A DNA stretch of 56,175 bases from Bdellovibrionales bacterium (GCA_037969255.1 JBBKXB010000066.1:1-56175); one strand, 5' to 3'. Shown: positions 37,273 to 45,486, counted from the stretch's first letter. Notes: generated by a model not told the origin, from the letters alone. Made by a program: numbers and translations.

Positions 37273-38620
37273 GAGACTCAAACGCAAACAATACGGCGTA
37301 CAACAACGTGGATTTTCACTGTTTGAAATGTTGCTCACGGTTGGTGTCGCCGCGACATTTTTCATTTTCTTATTTAATATTGGTCAAACCATTGCGCGTG
37401 ATCAAGCCATTCGCGCTTCCGCTTCTTACGTACAATCTATTGATGAAGCCGTGAATGTAATGCTTTCTGATCCAGCGCGTTTCGATGTTCTTTACAACAA
37501 TGTGGTGGCTTCTGGCGGTGTTGCACAAGTCAGTATTGATGCGCTCAAAGGCAATCCAAGTGGCGTGCTAAACGGCTTACCCAATAACCCGATTTTGAAC
37601 AGTGCCTTCCCTGCCATAGGGCCTTTTAGACAAACATATAGTGTTATTTTTAGAACCCCGCCCGTGGTGGGCACAGCGCGCGTGATTGAAAGCTACGTGG
37701 CCAGTCAAACGCTTCTGGAAGACACACTTGTGACACGCATTGCTGGCGCGATTGGTGGAACAGGCGGTGCACTGCGCGATCAATCAACAGTCGCTGGTGT
37801 GAACAATATTCGCGGTGCCTATGGTGGCTGGGTTGCCTCAACAAATAATATTTTAATCAGTAGTTGGTACACAACCATCGCTGGGCAATCCGCGCCAACT
37901 TTGCAAAATGGTGGGTATATTGTGTCTTATAATTATTATGACGTATCACGCATCGCCAAAGATTACCTCTATCGTAACAATACAGGAGTTCCCGCGCATA
38001 ACACTATGTACACCGATCTTTCCATGGGCAGTTATAATGTGCTGGGCGCGGATACTGTGTCAGGCACTGGCGCGTTGACCTCTAGCGAACTTATAGTCGA
38101 GGGCACAACCACATTTGCCAATGCCCCTTCTATCGCGGGATCATTACAATCTGATGGTCCATTAGCACTCGGGTCAATAGGCGCGGCAGGGGGCGCTGGT
38201 ATTCAAATGAGCGCCGCAGGTTCGGACGTTGTTGTGAATAACAACACAAACGCCACGCGCGCTGTTTTTAATAATGCATTCACCACCGATAGCCATACGG
38301 CCAACGCTCTGACAACGCAAGATACGACGATTAATTCTGGTAATTTTAATGCCTCTAACACCAACGGTATCAACGCTTCGGCAGCCAGTGGCGGGTTAAT
38401 TGTGTCGGGCAACGTCAATGTGACCAACCAAGTGCAATCAAGCGCCATCACAACCAATAATTTGACCGCCAATAACGGTCTTGTCGCCACCATTGGCGCC
38501 TCTATATCGGGAGATGTCGCACAAAACTCTGGCACAACTGTGTCCAATGAATATGGGAGTCAAAGTTTGACGCGGTCAACGACTTCGGACTTTCCATGTG
38601 GCATCGGGTGTGGCGAATAA
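37262..38620 (+). CDS. pilV: PilV-like minor pilin/adhesin 3
   Basis: ATG 37262 overlaps the upstream gene by 11 nt. Signal MAVKRLKRKQYGVQQRG|FSLFEMLLTVGVAA. N/T/G/S-rich tail ending PCGIGCGE. Confidence 0.65.
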   Translation: MAVKRLKRKQYGVQQRGFSLFEMLLTVGVAATFFIFLFNIGQTIARDQAIRASASYVQSIDEAVNVMLSDPARFDVLYNNVVASGGVAQVSIDALKGNPSGVLNGLPNNPILNSAFPAIGPFRQTYSVIFRTPPVVGTARVIESYVASQTLLEDTLVTRIAGAIGGTGGALRDQSTVAGVNNIRGAYGGWVASTNNILISSWYTTIAGQSAPTLQNGGYIVSYNYYDVSRIAKDYLYRNNTGVPAHNTMYTDLSMGSYNVLGADTVSGTGALTSSELIVEGTTTFANAPSIAGSLQSDGPLALGSIGAAGGAGIQMSAAGSDVVVNNNTNATRAVFNNAFTTDSHTANALTTQDTTINSGNFNASNTNGINASAASGGLIVSGNVNVTNQVQSSAITTNNLTANNGLVATIGASISGDVAQNSGTTVSNEYGSQSLTRSTTSDFPCGIGCGE

Positions 38621-38679
38621 AAAACGCTTTAATTACTGAGTTGTGCGATCTTAAAAACTCTTTTACACTTATACCCATC

Positions 38680-39549
38680 ATGAAACACGCGCTTCAACTA
38701 TCCTCTTTATTTTTGATCACTTTGGTGTTTGCCACCCAAGCTGATTTTGCACATGCACAAGCAAACTTGCCTGAATTCACAGTTATTGACCTTGGTGAAC
38801 TTAATCTTGATACACGTCAAACGGGTGAAAAAAGCTACAAAGAGAAAATTGAACAAGTTGATAATGATCAAATGCGTATGCATCTCTTGTTGCAAAATGA
38901 GATCACAATGCTTGGCGCTTTGCAAAGCTGGCAAACACAAGTGAGCGAATTAGAATCCACTTATGCGCGCGCGGGTCTACCGTTTACGCAGCCCGAACCA
39001 CCCCGCACAATTTGCGAACAAATTCCGAGCAATTCAATTTGCAATGAAGCCTATCCTGATCTCGCACCTAAACCTAAAAAAACGGATGCGAAAAAAATCA
39101 GCAACGCACTGGCTGTATCAGGTGTGATCACCCCACAACAAAGCGCTGTGCCAGCGCCCGTCATGGCACGCGCCACCAATTATGAATGGGCATCCATTTC
39201 TTGCGTGATTGACAATTGTCGAGCGGTGCTTTTGGACAAAGCTCAAAATCTACGCTTTAGCGTTTTTAGCGGTGAAACCATAGACGATGGCATCATGATT
39301 ACAAAAATTACACCCTTTGGTGTTACTGTGAGTGAAAAGGGAAAAACGATTAAATTGCGCTCATCTGCACCTAGCATAGATACGGACACCGCATCCGTTG
39401 CTCCTGTGACAACAAAAGATCAACTTGTGAATAAATTATCTGATTTGCCCGCCAACGCATTGGACAATGTTGAACCTGTTAAACCTATCGTTATTGATGA
39501 TGGATCAAACGCCCCAAGCGCACCGCTTGGCAACACTGGCTTATTTTAA
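38680..39549 (+). CDS. secreted protein in the pilM position (PilP/GspC-HR-like C-terminal domain)
   Basis: Start ATG 38680 gives signal peptide MKHALQLSSLFLITLVFATQADFAHA. The C-terminal FSVFSGETIDDGIMITKITPFGVTVSEKGKTIKL resembles small pilotin/PilP-type beta domains. Last gene of the pil block, as pilM is in PAPI-1-type clusters. Confidence 0.4.
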   Translation: MKHALQLSSLFLITLVFATQADFAHAQANLPEFTVIDLGELNLDTRQTGEKSYKEKIEQVDNDQMRMHLLLQNEITMLGALQSWQTQVSELESTYARAGLPFTQPEPPRTICEQIPSNSICNEAYPDLAPKPKKTDAKKISNALAVSGVITPQQSAVPAPVMARATNYEWASISCVIDNCRAVLLDKAQNLRFSVFSGETIDDGIMITKITPFGVTVSEKGKTIKLRSSAPSIDTDTASVAPVTTKDQLVNKLSDLPANALDNVEPVKPIVIDDGSNAPSAPLGNTGLF

Positions 39550-39551
39550 AT

Positions 39552-40559
39552 TTAAAGAAAATCTAAGAGACTCAAAGACGCCGCCGCAGCCGTAGCGGCA
39601 AAACTTGCCTCAAGCTGAATTTGAATGTTTTGCAAGCGCACCGCTGTTTCCGTGATGTCGACATTTTCAACATTATCAACCAAAGTTTGCAAAGTTGAAG
39701 TATCAAAAACATGTTGCTTTCTCACTTCGGCAATCGTGGCTTCGCTCGCTTTGAGTGTCACCAAAGTGGCGTCTATGCCTTCTGAACTATTATATAATTT
39801 GGTCGAAAGCGTTTTGATCACTGTTTGTAAATCATCTTTTGAGGGCACATCCCCACCACTTGGAATGGTTATAGCCGCCATAATTTCGGACACGACAAGC
39901 ATGGATTTAATGGATGCATTATTGGCTTTAACGGTGTAATCAACTTTGAAATTTTCATCAGCCGTCACAGCCACGTTGCCAGCCGATATAACTTCGGCGC
40001 TAAATCCGACATCGGCATCCGTATATGTTTCAAATTTGGCCATAAATTGCGCCGTTGTCAGCGTGCCATCAAGCCAATCACTCACATCATCAGCGACCTG
40101 TACGCTAAAATTATCGCGGCCTTCATATGGTTTTGCTGTGAAATCTGAGCCTGCAAATACGTAACGTCCGTCAATTTGTTCATTTAAATTTCCGCTCGCC
40201 ACTTCAAGTAATTTAGAGGCATAACTTTTAAGTGAGGCTATATCCGTAGGACCATTAATATCTTGGAGATGAAACCCTTTTTGAAACCCTTGGACTTGAT
40301 TTTGAATAAGGCTAAGAGAATTGTCCGCCGCACGAATGCGGGTTGTCGCACGATCAATGTTGTTAATATATTGGCCACTTTCTTGGATGCCATTGCGGAA
40401 ACGAAGCGAGGATAAAGCATCGTCGCCCAATCCTTCAAAACGCGTTGTTTTTTTGCCAGAAGATAACGCCCGTTGCAAATCACTAAATTGTGCATTGAGT
40501 TTATCAAAACGATTAAGGCTCGTTGTAAGTTGGGCGAGCGCTGAAACACCTGTTGTCAT
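39552..40559 (-). CDS. flgL: flagellar hook-associated protein 3 FlgL
   Basis: 335 aa with flagellin-like N-terminal and C-terminal helices (…AVRLQNIQIQLEASFAATA…). Lies directly downstream of flgK. SD AAGGAGA. Confidence 0.75.
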   Translation of the reverse strand: MTTGVSALAQLTTSLNRFDKLNAQFSDLQRALSSGKKTTRFEGLGDDALSSLRFRNGIQESGQYINNIDRATTRIRAADNSLSLIQNQVQGFQKGFHLQDINGPTDIASLKSYASKLLEVASGNLNEQIDGRYVFAGSDFTAKPYEGRDNFSVQVADDVSDWLDGTLTTAQFMAKFETYTDADVGFSAEVISAGNVAVTADENFKVDYTVKANNASIKSMLVVSEIMAAITIPSGGDVPSKDDLQTVIKTLSTKLYNSSEGIDATLVTLKASEATIAEVRKQHVFDTSTLQTLVDNVENVDITETAVRLQNIQIQLEASFAATAAAASLSLLDFL

Positions 40560-40602
40560 TTAATTGGTCTCCTTTAAATTCTTATTTTAAATTCTTATCT
40601 CA

Positions 40603-42714
40603 TTATATCGCAGCAAATAATTCATCGAGCATTTCAATGCTGGATGTAATCACTTGTGCATTGGCGCTATAGACGCGTTGGAACGCGACCAAATTAGCAA
40701 TTTCATTATCTATATTCACGCCTGATTCGTTGCCCAATTGTTCCTCAATGGTTTGCCTAAAGGCTTCCTCAGAGTTGAAACTGCTACGAATATTTGCCGT
40801 TTCGCCTGATTGACTGGCAATAAGACGTTGGCCATAGGATACCAAGCTGGTGGCACTAAGAACTTGTCCAGAAATATCAGCTCCTGGTCCTAAATTGGTT
40901 GTACGGAACGCATTGTGTGGGTTTTGAATAATTTTCACGCCTATGGATGCAAGAGGTTTACCAAGACCATCAGCCAAATTAATATCAGCGCCATAGGTTG
41001 TGTTAATATTTAAAAATCCATTGACATCTAAAGTGGCTTCAACACCCGCCACAGCGTTTAATTTCGCCAATAATTGCGTGCTTGTATCTGTTGCTGTGAT
41101 CGCAATATTGACCGCCGCATTATCATTGATCTGAATAGAAAAGCTTGGGTCTTTTGCCGTTGTCGTGCCAGCTGTGATGCCCAAATCCTCTAGGCCAGCT
41201 GCGCCAATATTATTGTCTGTGATGATGATGTCTTCACTGCTTTCAAGCACAAGACGCCCCGTCGCAGACAAACTGGCTAACCCTGCAAAACTTGCATTAA
41301 TCGTATTAACCAAATCAGCCGCTGTATCGCCAGCGCCAATTGTGATGTTCACAGGTGCACCGCCACCCAATTGAAGAGTGAATGTGTCATTGCTGCCTGG
41401 TGTAATTCCATCAGCGGCATCCAATGTTAATAATGCTTGGATATTAGCGCTGCCAATAAATTTCGCACTTTCATCAAGTGATAATGTCGTGAATAGATTA
41501 GCCGCACCAGTGACATCTAAATCGACACTGCCCAGTCCCGTTTCAGAGCGCGTGTCGCCGAACGTAAATCTGTTAATGCGATCAATAATAGTGGTTGATC
41601 CGTTTGAAATGGTTTCGCCTTGGGTGCCCAAACGCAATAGACTTGGATCAGAAATAATTGCTTTGTTCACTTGCATGATACGAGAATAGCCAGCGTAACC
41701 TGTGGCGCTAGGCGAATCCGTGTTCGCAGGCACAAGACCGCCATTATCTGTAAACAGGCGTACACCTTGTTCGTCAAAACGTTGCGATACTTTTTGCGCA
41801 ATTTCATCCAATTCAGCTTGATAACGCGGAATAAGATCATCGCGTAAATCCACAAGACCGCCTAAACGTCCACCCAAAGCGCGCTCTGTAATATCAATAT
41901 TCATCGTGGCATTATTGGTTTGTGTGTTGGTGATGAAAATACCCGCGACACTTGTTGGGTAAGTATTTGTTGCGCTTAATGGCGCAGGGTTGAACACCAA
42001 TTTACGCGCTTGCGTATCAGCCAATAAGTCACCCTCTTGGGTTTGCACCACCGTGCGACCATCCGTTGTGGTGAAGTACGAAATATCGAGCTGTTCAGAA
42101 AGTTTAAGCAATATCAAATCGCGCTGATCATCGAGAGAGGCTGTTGATTGACCCACATTAAGGCGCGTAACAATATCATTATTCACGGCAACAAAGTCTG
42201 TCAAAAGACTGTTGATTGTGTTGACGCTGTCTTGCATCTCGGTTTGCGCTTCATTGCGAAGCGATGTGTATAAAGCGCTGGTGTCGTTGATACGCGACGC
42301 GAATATGCGCGCTGTATTTACCGTTTGGCTCAATAATTGAGCTGAATTTGGTTCATCTGACAATGCGAGGAAATTATTATTCAAACCTTGCAAAAGACTT
42401 GGTAGAGAATTTTCAAGCGCTGGATCACCGTGGAAAATTTGGATTTGATCAAGGAATTTGAGTTGTGCTTTTGTGTTACTCGCCAGCGATGTTTGCGTGA
42501 ATAGATCAAGCTGGAGCGCTTGGTCGACACTGCGTTGAATTTCGTTAACGCGTACACCAGATGTCGCACCCGCCACCACAACGTTCGTTTGTGACAGAGT
42601 TTTGCGCGTATAGCCTTCGGTTGTGGCGTTGGCAATGTTGGATGAGAGCAAGCCAACTTGTGCTTGCGCTGTGCGTAGGCCCGATAGGGCGATGTTTAAT
42701 GAATTACCAGTCAT
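40603..42714 (-). CDS. flgK: flagellar hook-associated protein 1 FlgK
   Basis: 703 aa. N-terminus LNIALSGLRTAQAQVGLLSSNIANATTEGYTRK and C-terminus EIANLVAFQRVYSANAQVI are the FlgK rod/hook-family signatures. Confidence 0.87.
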   Translation of the reverse strand: MTGNSLNIALSGLRTAQAQVGLLSSNIANATTEGYTRKTLSQTNVVVAGATSGVRVNEIQRSVDQALQLDLFTQTSLASNTKAQLKFLDQIQIFHGDPALENSLPSLLQGLNNNFLALSDEPNSAQLLSQTVNTARIFASRINDTSALYTSLRNEAQTEMQDSVNTINSLLTDFVAVNNDIVTRLNVGQSTASLDDQRDLILLKLSEQLDISYFTTTDGRTVVQTQEGDLLADTQARKLVFNPAPLSATNTYPTSVAGIFITNTQTNNATMNIDITERALGGRLGGLVDLRDDLIPRYQAELDEIAQKVSQRFDEQGVRLFTDNGGLVPANTDSPSATGYAGYSRIMQVNKAIISDPSLLRLGTQGETISNGSTTIIDRINRFTFGDTRSETGLGSVDLDVTGAANLFTTLSLDESAKFIGSANIQALLTLDAADGITPGSNDTFTLQLGGGAPVNITIGAGDTAADLVNTINASFAGLASLSATGRLVLESSEDIIITDNNIGAAGLEDLGITAGTTTAKDPSFSIQINDNAAVNIAITATDTSTQLLAKLNAVAGVEATLDVNGFLNINTTYGADINLADGLGKPLASIGVKIIQNPHNAFRTTNLGPGADISGQVLSATSLVSYGQRLIASQSGETANIRSSFNSEEAFRQTIEEQLGNESGVNIDNEIANLVAFQRVYSANAQVITSSIEMLDELFAAI

Positions 42715-42725
42715 GCATCAGATAT

Positions 42726-42741
42726 TGCAAAACACGTGCCA
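42726..42741 (-). promoter_or_regulatory. sigma-54 (-24/-12) promoter of flgK
   Basis: The minus strand reads CTGGCACGTGTTTTGCAA, which fits YTGGCACG-N4-TTGCW. GG is at 42740/42739 and GC at 42728/42727. The GC lies 13 nt upstream of the flgK ATG (42714). Confidence 0.8.
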
Positions 42742-42753
42742 GAATCAATTTAA

Positions 42754-42773
42754 GAGCCGGTCATAACCGACTC
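42754..42773 (-). terminator. hairpin between the 548-aa gene stop and the flgK promoter
   Basis: GAGCCGGT-CATA-ACCGACTC on the + strand. The 8-bp stem has a C-A mismatch on + that becomes G-U on the - transcript. A/T tracts lie on both sides, and the U tract is better on the + strand. Confidence 0.4.
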
Positions 42774-42795
42774 TTTTATTTAAATTTTTTAAAAA

Positions 42796-44442
42796 TTAAT
42801 TGGACGCGCCAGATCGAACACGTGCTTCGAGCGCATCACGGCGATCTTCAAGGTCATTGGACAGCATCGCCGCCAATAACATTTCGATACGCTCAAGTGC
42901 ATAAAGCGTGTCTTTTTGAAGACCAGACAGTTCACCCAACATAACCGTTTGTGTCGCCATATGAGCAGCATTATCCTCAGCTACACTCTGATCGAGATAA
43001 TTGGTTGAACGATAAGCCTCAACCTCAACATCACGGCGAACACGCGCTGATGGATGAATGGGTTTGTCTATGTCAACGCCATATACTTTTTCCCAGTTCG
43101 CCGCAAAAGCCTCTTCTGCTTTTTTAGCTTTTTCCTTATCTTCACCAAAAGATTGTGGTGTACGGCTCGCGATTTGCGAATTAAACACAGACGCTAATAA
43201 ATTAGATGAGCTAAGCAAACGGCGCGTCTTAGCAAATAATTCACGCGCGGCTAGGTCACCTTCACCATTGTCATTTCCTTGGACTCGTTTCAAGAAATTA
43301 AGAGAAAATGGTGAAAATGGCGCTGGCAACATATAATCACGAATGAGATAGGCAGACGCCAAATCCAAAGGTTTCACAGCTTTATCAGCATACATTTTTT
43401 CCCAGCGCTCATCTTCTTTTTCCGAGCAATATCGCATCGCTGCAGAACTCAGGATAAACTTTCCGTCGGCCGTTTCGTTTGTACAAGGATAGGTTGAAAA
43501 AATAGGCTTATCACTCATCAATTGATCAGTACGCATATCCATACCCGCTTTTGGATTGCCAGCTATACCTTTAATGTCTAATTTTTCACCGGCCCCCAAC
43601 CATGCTTGATCTGTGATATAACGTGCACCACCTGTGTCGTCTTTACCAAGCACCGCTTGGGCGATGTCATTATACCAAGACAATGGTCCCGCCGCGCCTG
43701 GTGCACCCAAGTCCGCGTTGCTTTTTGCCGCGATCTCTTCAGCGGCTTCATTTTCAATTTCTGTCTCGTGTTTGGACGCCGTATCTTTCAGCGGTTTTTC
43801 CTTAGCATCATCACCGCCACCTGAACCACCTGTACCTGCCGTGACAATTGGCCCAGTACCTCGCCCCCGTACAGGCTCACGTATAGCCCCCGCATTATCA
43901 GATATTTCTCCACGCCCTTGGGCAATACACCAACCTGAAAGATCACTTTGATATTTACCACGAACCGCAACTTCGGTGTTTGCTTCTTGAAGCGCGCGCG
44001 CCGCCGCATACTCGGCCTCTGCTAAAGCCGCCGCGCCGCCCAATTCAGCCATTGTGCCCGCTGCATTATTATTGATTATATCAGCCGCTAATTTTTCATC
44101 GCGTTCGGCTTCCCGCTTTTCAATGCCAAGCGCACTACGAATGGACTTATCAAATCCTTGAATGGTGGCGGTGATTTGGTTTTTAATTTCAACGACCGTT
44201 TTTATCGCTTGTACAACTTGCAACGATTCAAACTTTTGAATGGCCGCTACAATCGCAGCGTCACCTATGAGTACTGGCTTTACGTTATTTTTTGCCGATT
44301 GCTCTTGTTGTTCGACAACTTGTTTATTTGTGTCATCCAACGCGCTAAAGCCTGCGGCCTGCGCAGTAGATATAATCGACGTACTGGCCAATAAAGCCAC
44401 AATCGCAAAACTCGATATAAATTTAGTCATAAATCTCATCAC
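42796..44442 (-). CDS. hypothetical secreted protein (coiled-coil/Ala-rich N-half, Gly-rich linker)
   Basis: 548 aa. Signal peptide MMRFMTKFISSFAIVALLASTSIISTAQA and linker TGGSGGGDD. A relationship to IcmX/TraW is possible, but I cannot verify it from memory. Confidence 0.45.
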   Translation of the reverse strand: MMRFMTKFISSFAIVALLASTSIISTAQAAGFSALDDTNKQVVEQQEQSAKNNVKPVLIGDAAIVAAIQKFESLQVVQAIKTVVEIKNQITATIQGFDKSIRSALGIEKREAERDEKLAADIINNNAAGTMAELGGAAALAEAEYAAARALQEANTEVAVRGKYQSDLSGWCIAQGRGEISDNAGAIREPVRGRGTGPIVTAGTGGSGGGDDAKEKPLKDTASKHETEIENEAAEEIAAKSNADLGAPGAAGPLSWYNDIAQAVLGKDDTGGARYITDQAWLGAGEKLDIKGIAGNPKAGMDMRTDQLMSDKPIFSTYPCTNETADGKFILSSAAMRYCSEKEDERWEKMYADKAVKPLDLASAYLIRDYMLPAPFSPFSLNFLKRVQGNDNGEGDLAARELFAKTRRLLSSSNLLASVFNSQIASRTPQSFGEDKEKAKKAEEAFAANWEKVYGVDIDKPIHPSARVRRDVEVEAYRSTNYLDQSVAEDNAAHMATQTVMLGELSGLQKDTLYALERIEMLLAAMLSNDLEDRRDALEARVRSGASN

Positions 44443-44525
44443 CCTTTATTGTCAGTCTGTATCATCAATATTTAACAACACTTTTGTCTTTGTTTTTTTT
44501 AATTTTTTAAAAGACTTATCCCATT

Positions 44526-44541
44526 ATCATACCATAAAATT
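44526..44541 (-). promoter_or_regulatory. extended -10 promoter candidate (AATTTTATGGTATGAT) for the 548-aa gene
   Basis: The minus strand reads AATTTTATGGTATGAT (TGnTATGAT), 84 nt upstream of ATG 44442. Shares the 12-nt core ATTTTATGGTAT with 34289-34300 and 49248-49259. Confidence 0.55.
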
Positions 44542-44580
44542 CGTAAAATCACTCTAAAAAACTTTCATAAAATCGTAAAA
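44533..44580. repeat. imperfect direct repeat CATAAAAT(T)CGTAAAA x2 in the divergent promoter region
   Basis: Copies at 44533-44548 and 44566-44580 start 33 nt apart and differ by a single T indel. Each contains a GTAAA pentamer. Confidence 0.7.
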
Positions 44581-44594
44581 AAAGGCAAAATGAC

Positions 44595-44603
44595 TGTTAT
44601 AAC
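44595..44603 (+). promoter_or_regulatory. extended -10 promoter candidate (TGTTATAAC) for the icmL operon
   Basis: TGnTATAAC ends 26 nt upstream of ATG 44630. No good -35 element. Confidence 0.4.
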
Positions 44604-44629
44604 TTGAAAAAATAGGTAAGCTATTGGTC

Positions 44630-45403
44630 ATGAGTGACGATGAATTCAAAGATGTATTGGGTGATGATTTCGGCAATGCGCCCGAAACAATGGCTGAAAA
44701 AGCCCCAAAAACTAAGTCTAAAAAGCTAAAACCCACGCCTGAAAATGGTGATAAAAAAACCTTAGCTCAAGACAAAACGATGCTTGGACGTCTCGAATCA
44801 GTTGTCGTTCGTAACAATTATTACCGTGATGGGTATCGTATGTTGCTCAATGTGGCAGTAATTGAAAGTTTTGTGATTATCGCGCTCGTATCTGCGCTTG
44901 TGCTTGTGCTTGTGGGTGTACGTCCTCAAACGTATTTCTTTGCCACCACCGAAGACGGTCGACTTATTCCTATTGTGGCGCTTGATCAACCCAACTTAAG
45001 CGCGCCCGCCATTGTGTCTTGGACAGCCCAAGCCACCAGTGAAACCATGACATTTGGGTTCCATGATTATCGTCGTCGCCTCCAAGAAGCCTCTCGTCAC
45101 TTTACACGACGCGGTTGGGAAAGCTTTACCCGCGCCCTACAAACGTCTGGCATTATTGATGCCATCACCACAAATCGCCAAGTGATCACCGCCACACCGC
45201 GCGGTGCGCCAACGCTTATATCTGAAGGTATAGTCAATGGCCGCTATGAATGGCAAATTGAAGTGCCAATGTTAATTTCCTACGAATATGGTTCTGGGTC
45301 TAAACAATCACAACTAACACTTCGTTTATTGGTCGTGCGCGTTCCGCAACTTGAAAATGCAAATGGCGTTGGTATTGAACAGTGGATTGCCTATAACGGG
45401 TAA
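44630..45403 (+). CDS. icmL: T4BSS inner-membrane protein IcmL/DotI (TraM-like)
   Basis: About 257 aa, single TM (IESFVIIALVSALVLVLVGV), then the conserved periplasmic IcmL-like domain (YFFATTEDGRLIPIVALDQPNLS...TFGFHDYRRRL...). An alternative TTG start is at 44624. Confidence 0.75.
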   Translation: MSDDEFKDVLGDDFGNAPETMAEKAPKTKSKKLKPTPENGDKKTLAQDKTMLGRLESVVVRNNYYRDGYRMLLNVAVIESFVIIALVSALVLVLVGVRPQTYFFATTEDGRLIPIVALDQPNLSAPAIVSWTAQATSETMTFGFHDYRRRLQEASRHFTRRGWESFTRALQTSGIIDAITTNRQVITATPRGAPTLISEGIVNGRYEWQIEVPMLISYEYGSGSKQSQLTLRLLVVRVPQLENANGVGIEQWIAYNG

Positions 45404-45486
45404 TGCGGTTATGATGCCATCAATAAAAGGTCATTTTTCTCTTAATTATAATTGGTATATATAAAGTGCGTGTGTTACATAAAAAT

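Noticed and set aside
34349-39549. A shufflon (19-bp sfx inverted repeats plus rci recombinase) downstream of pilV, as in R64.
   Set aside because: I saw no tyrosine-recombinase ORF and no recurring inverted 19-mers when reading the region. The three pilV-like ORFs are intact and co-directional. A proper computational repeat search was not possible here, so absence is not proven.
40573-40598. Tandem 13-nt repeat TTTAAATTCTTAT x2 in the flgK-flgL spacer.
   Set aside because: It has only two short AT-rich copies and lies next to the flgL SD. That is not enough to distinguish it from chance or slippage, and I can suggest no function.
45453-45461. TGGTATATA upstream of icmK as a fourth copy of the shared promoter motif.
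   Set aside because: It shares only the TGGTATA core, not the ATTTTA part. It sits in a 62-nt intra-operon gap. It is mentioned as a weak relative and not called as a feature.
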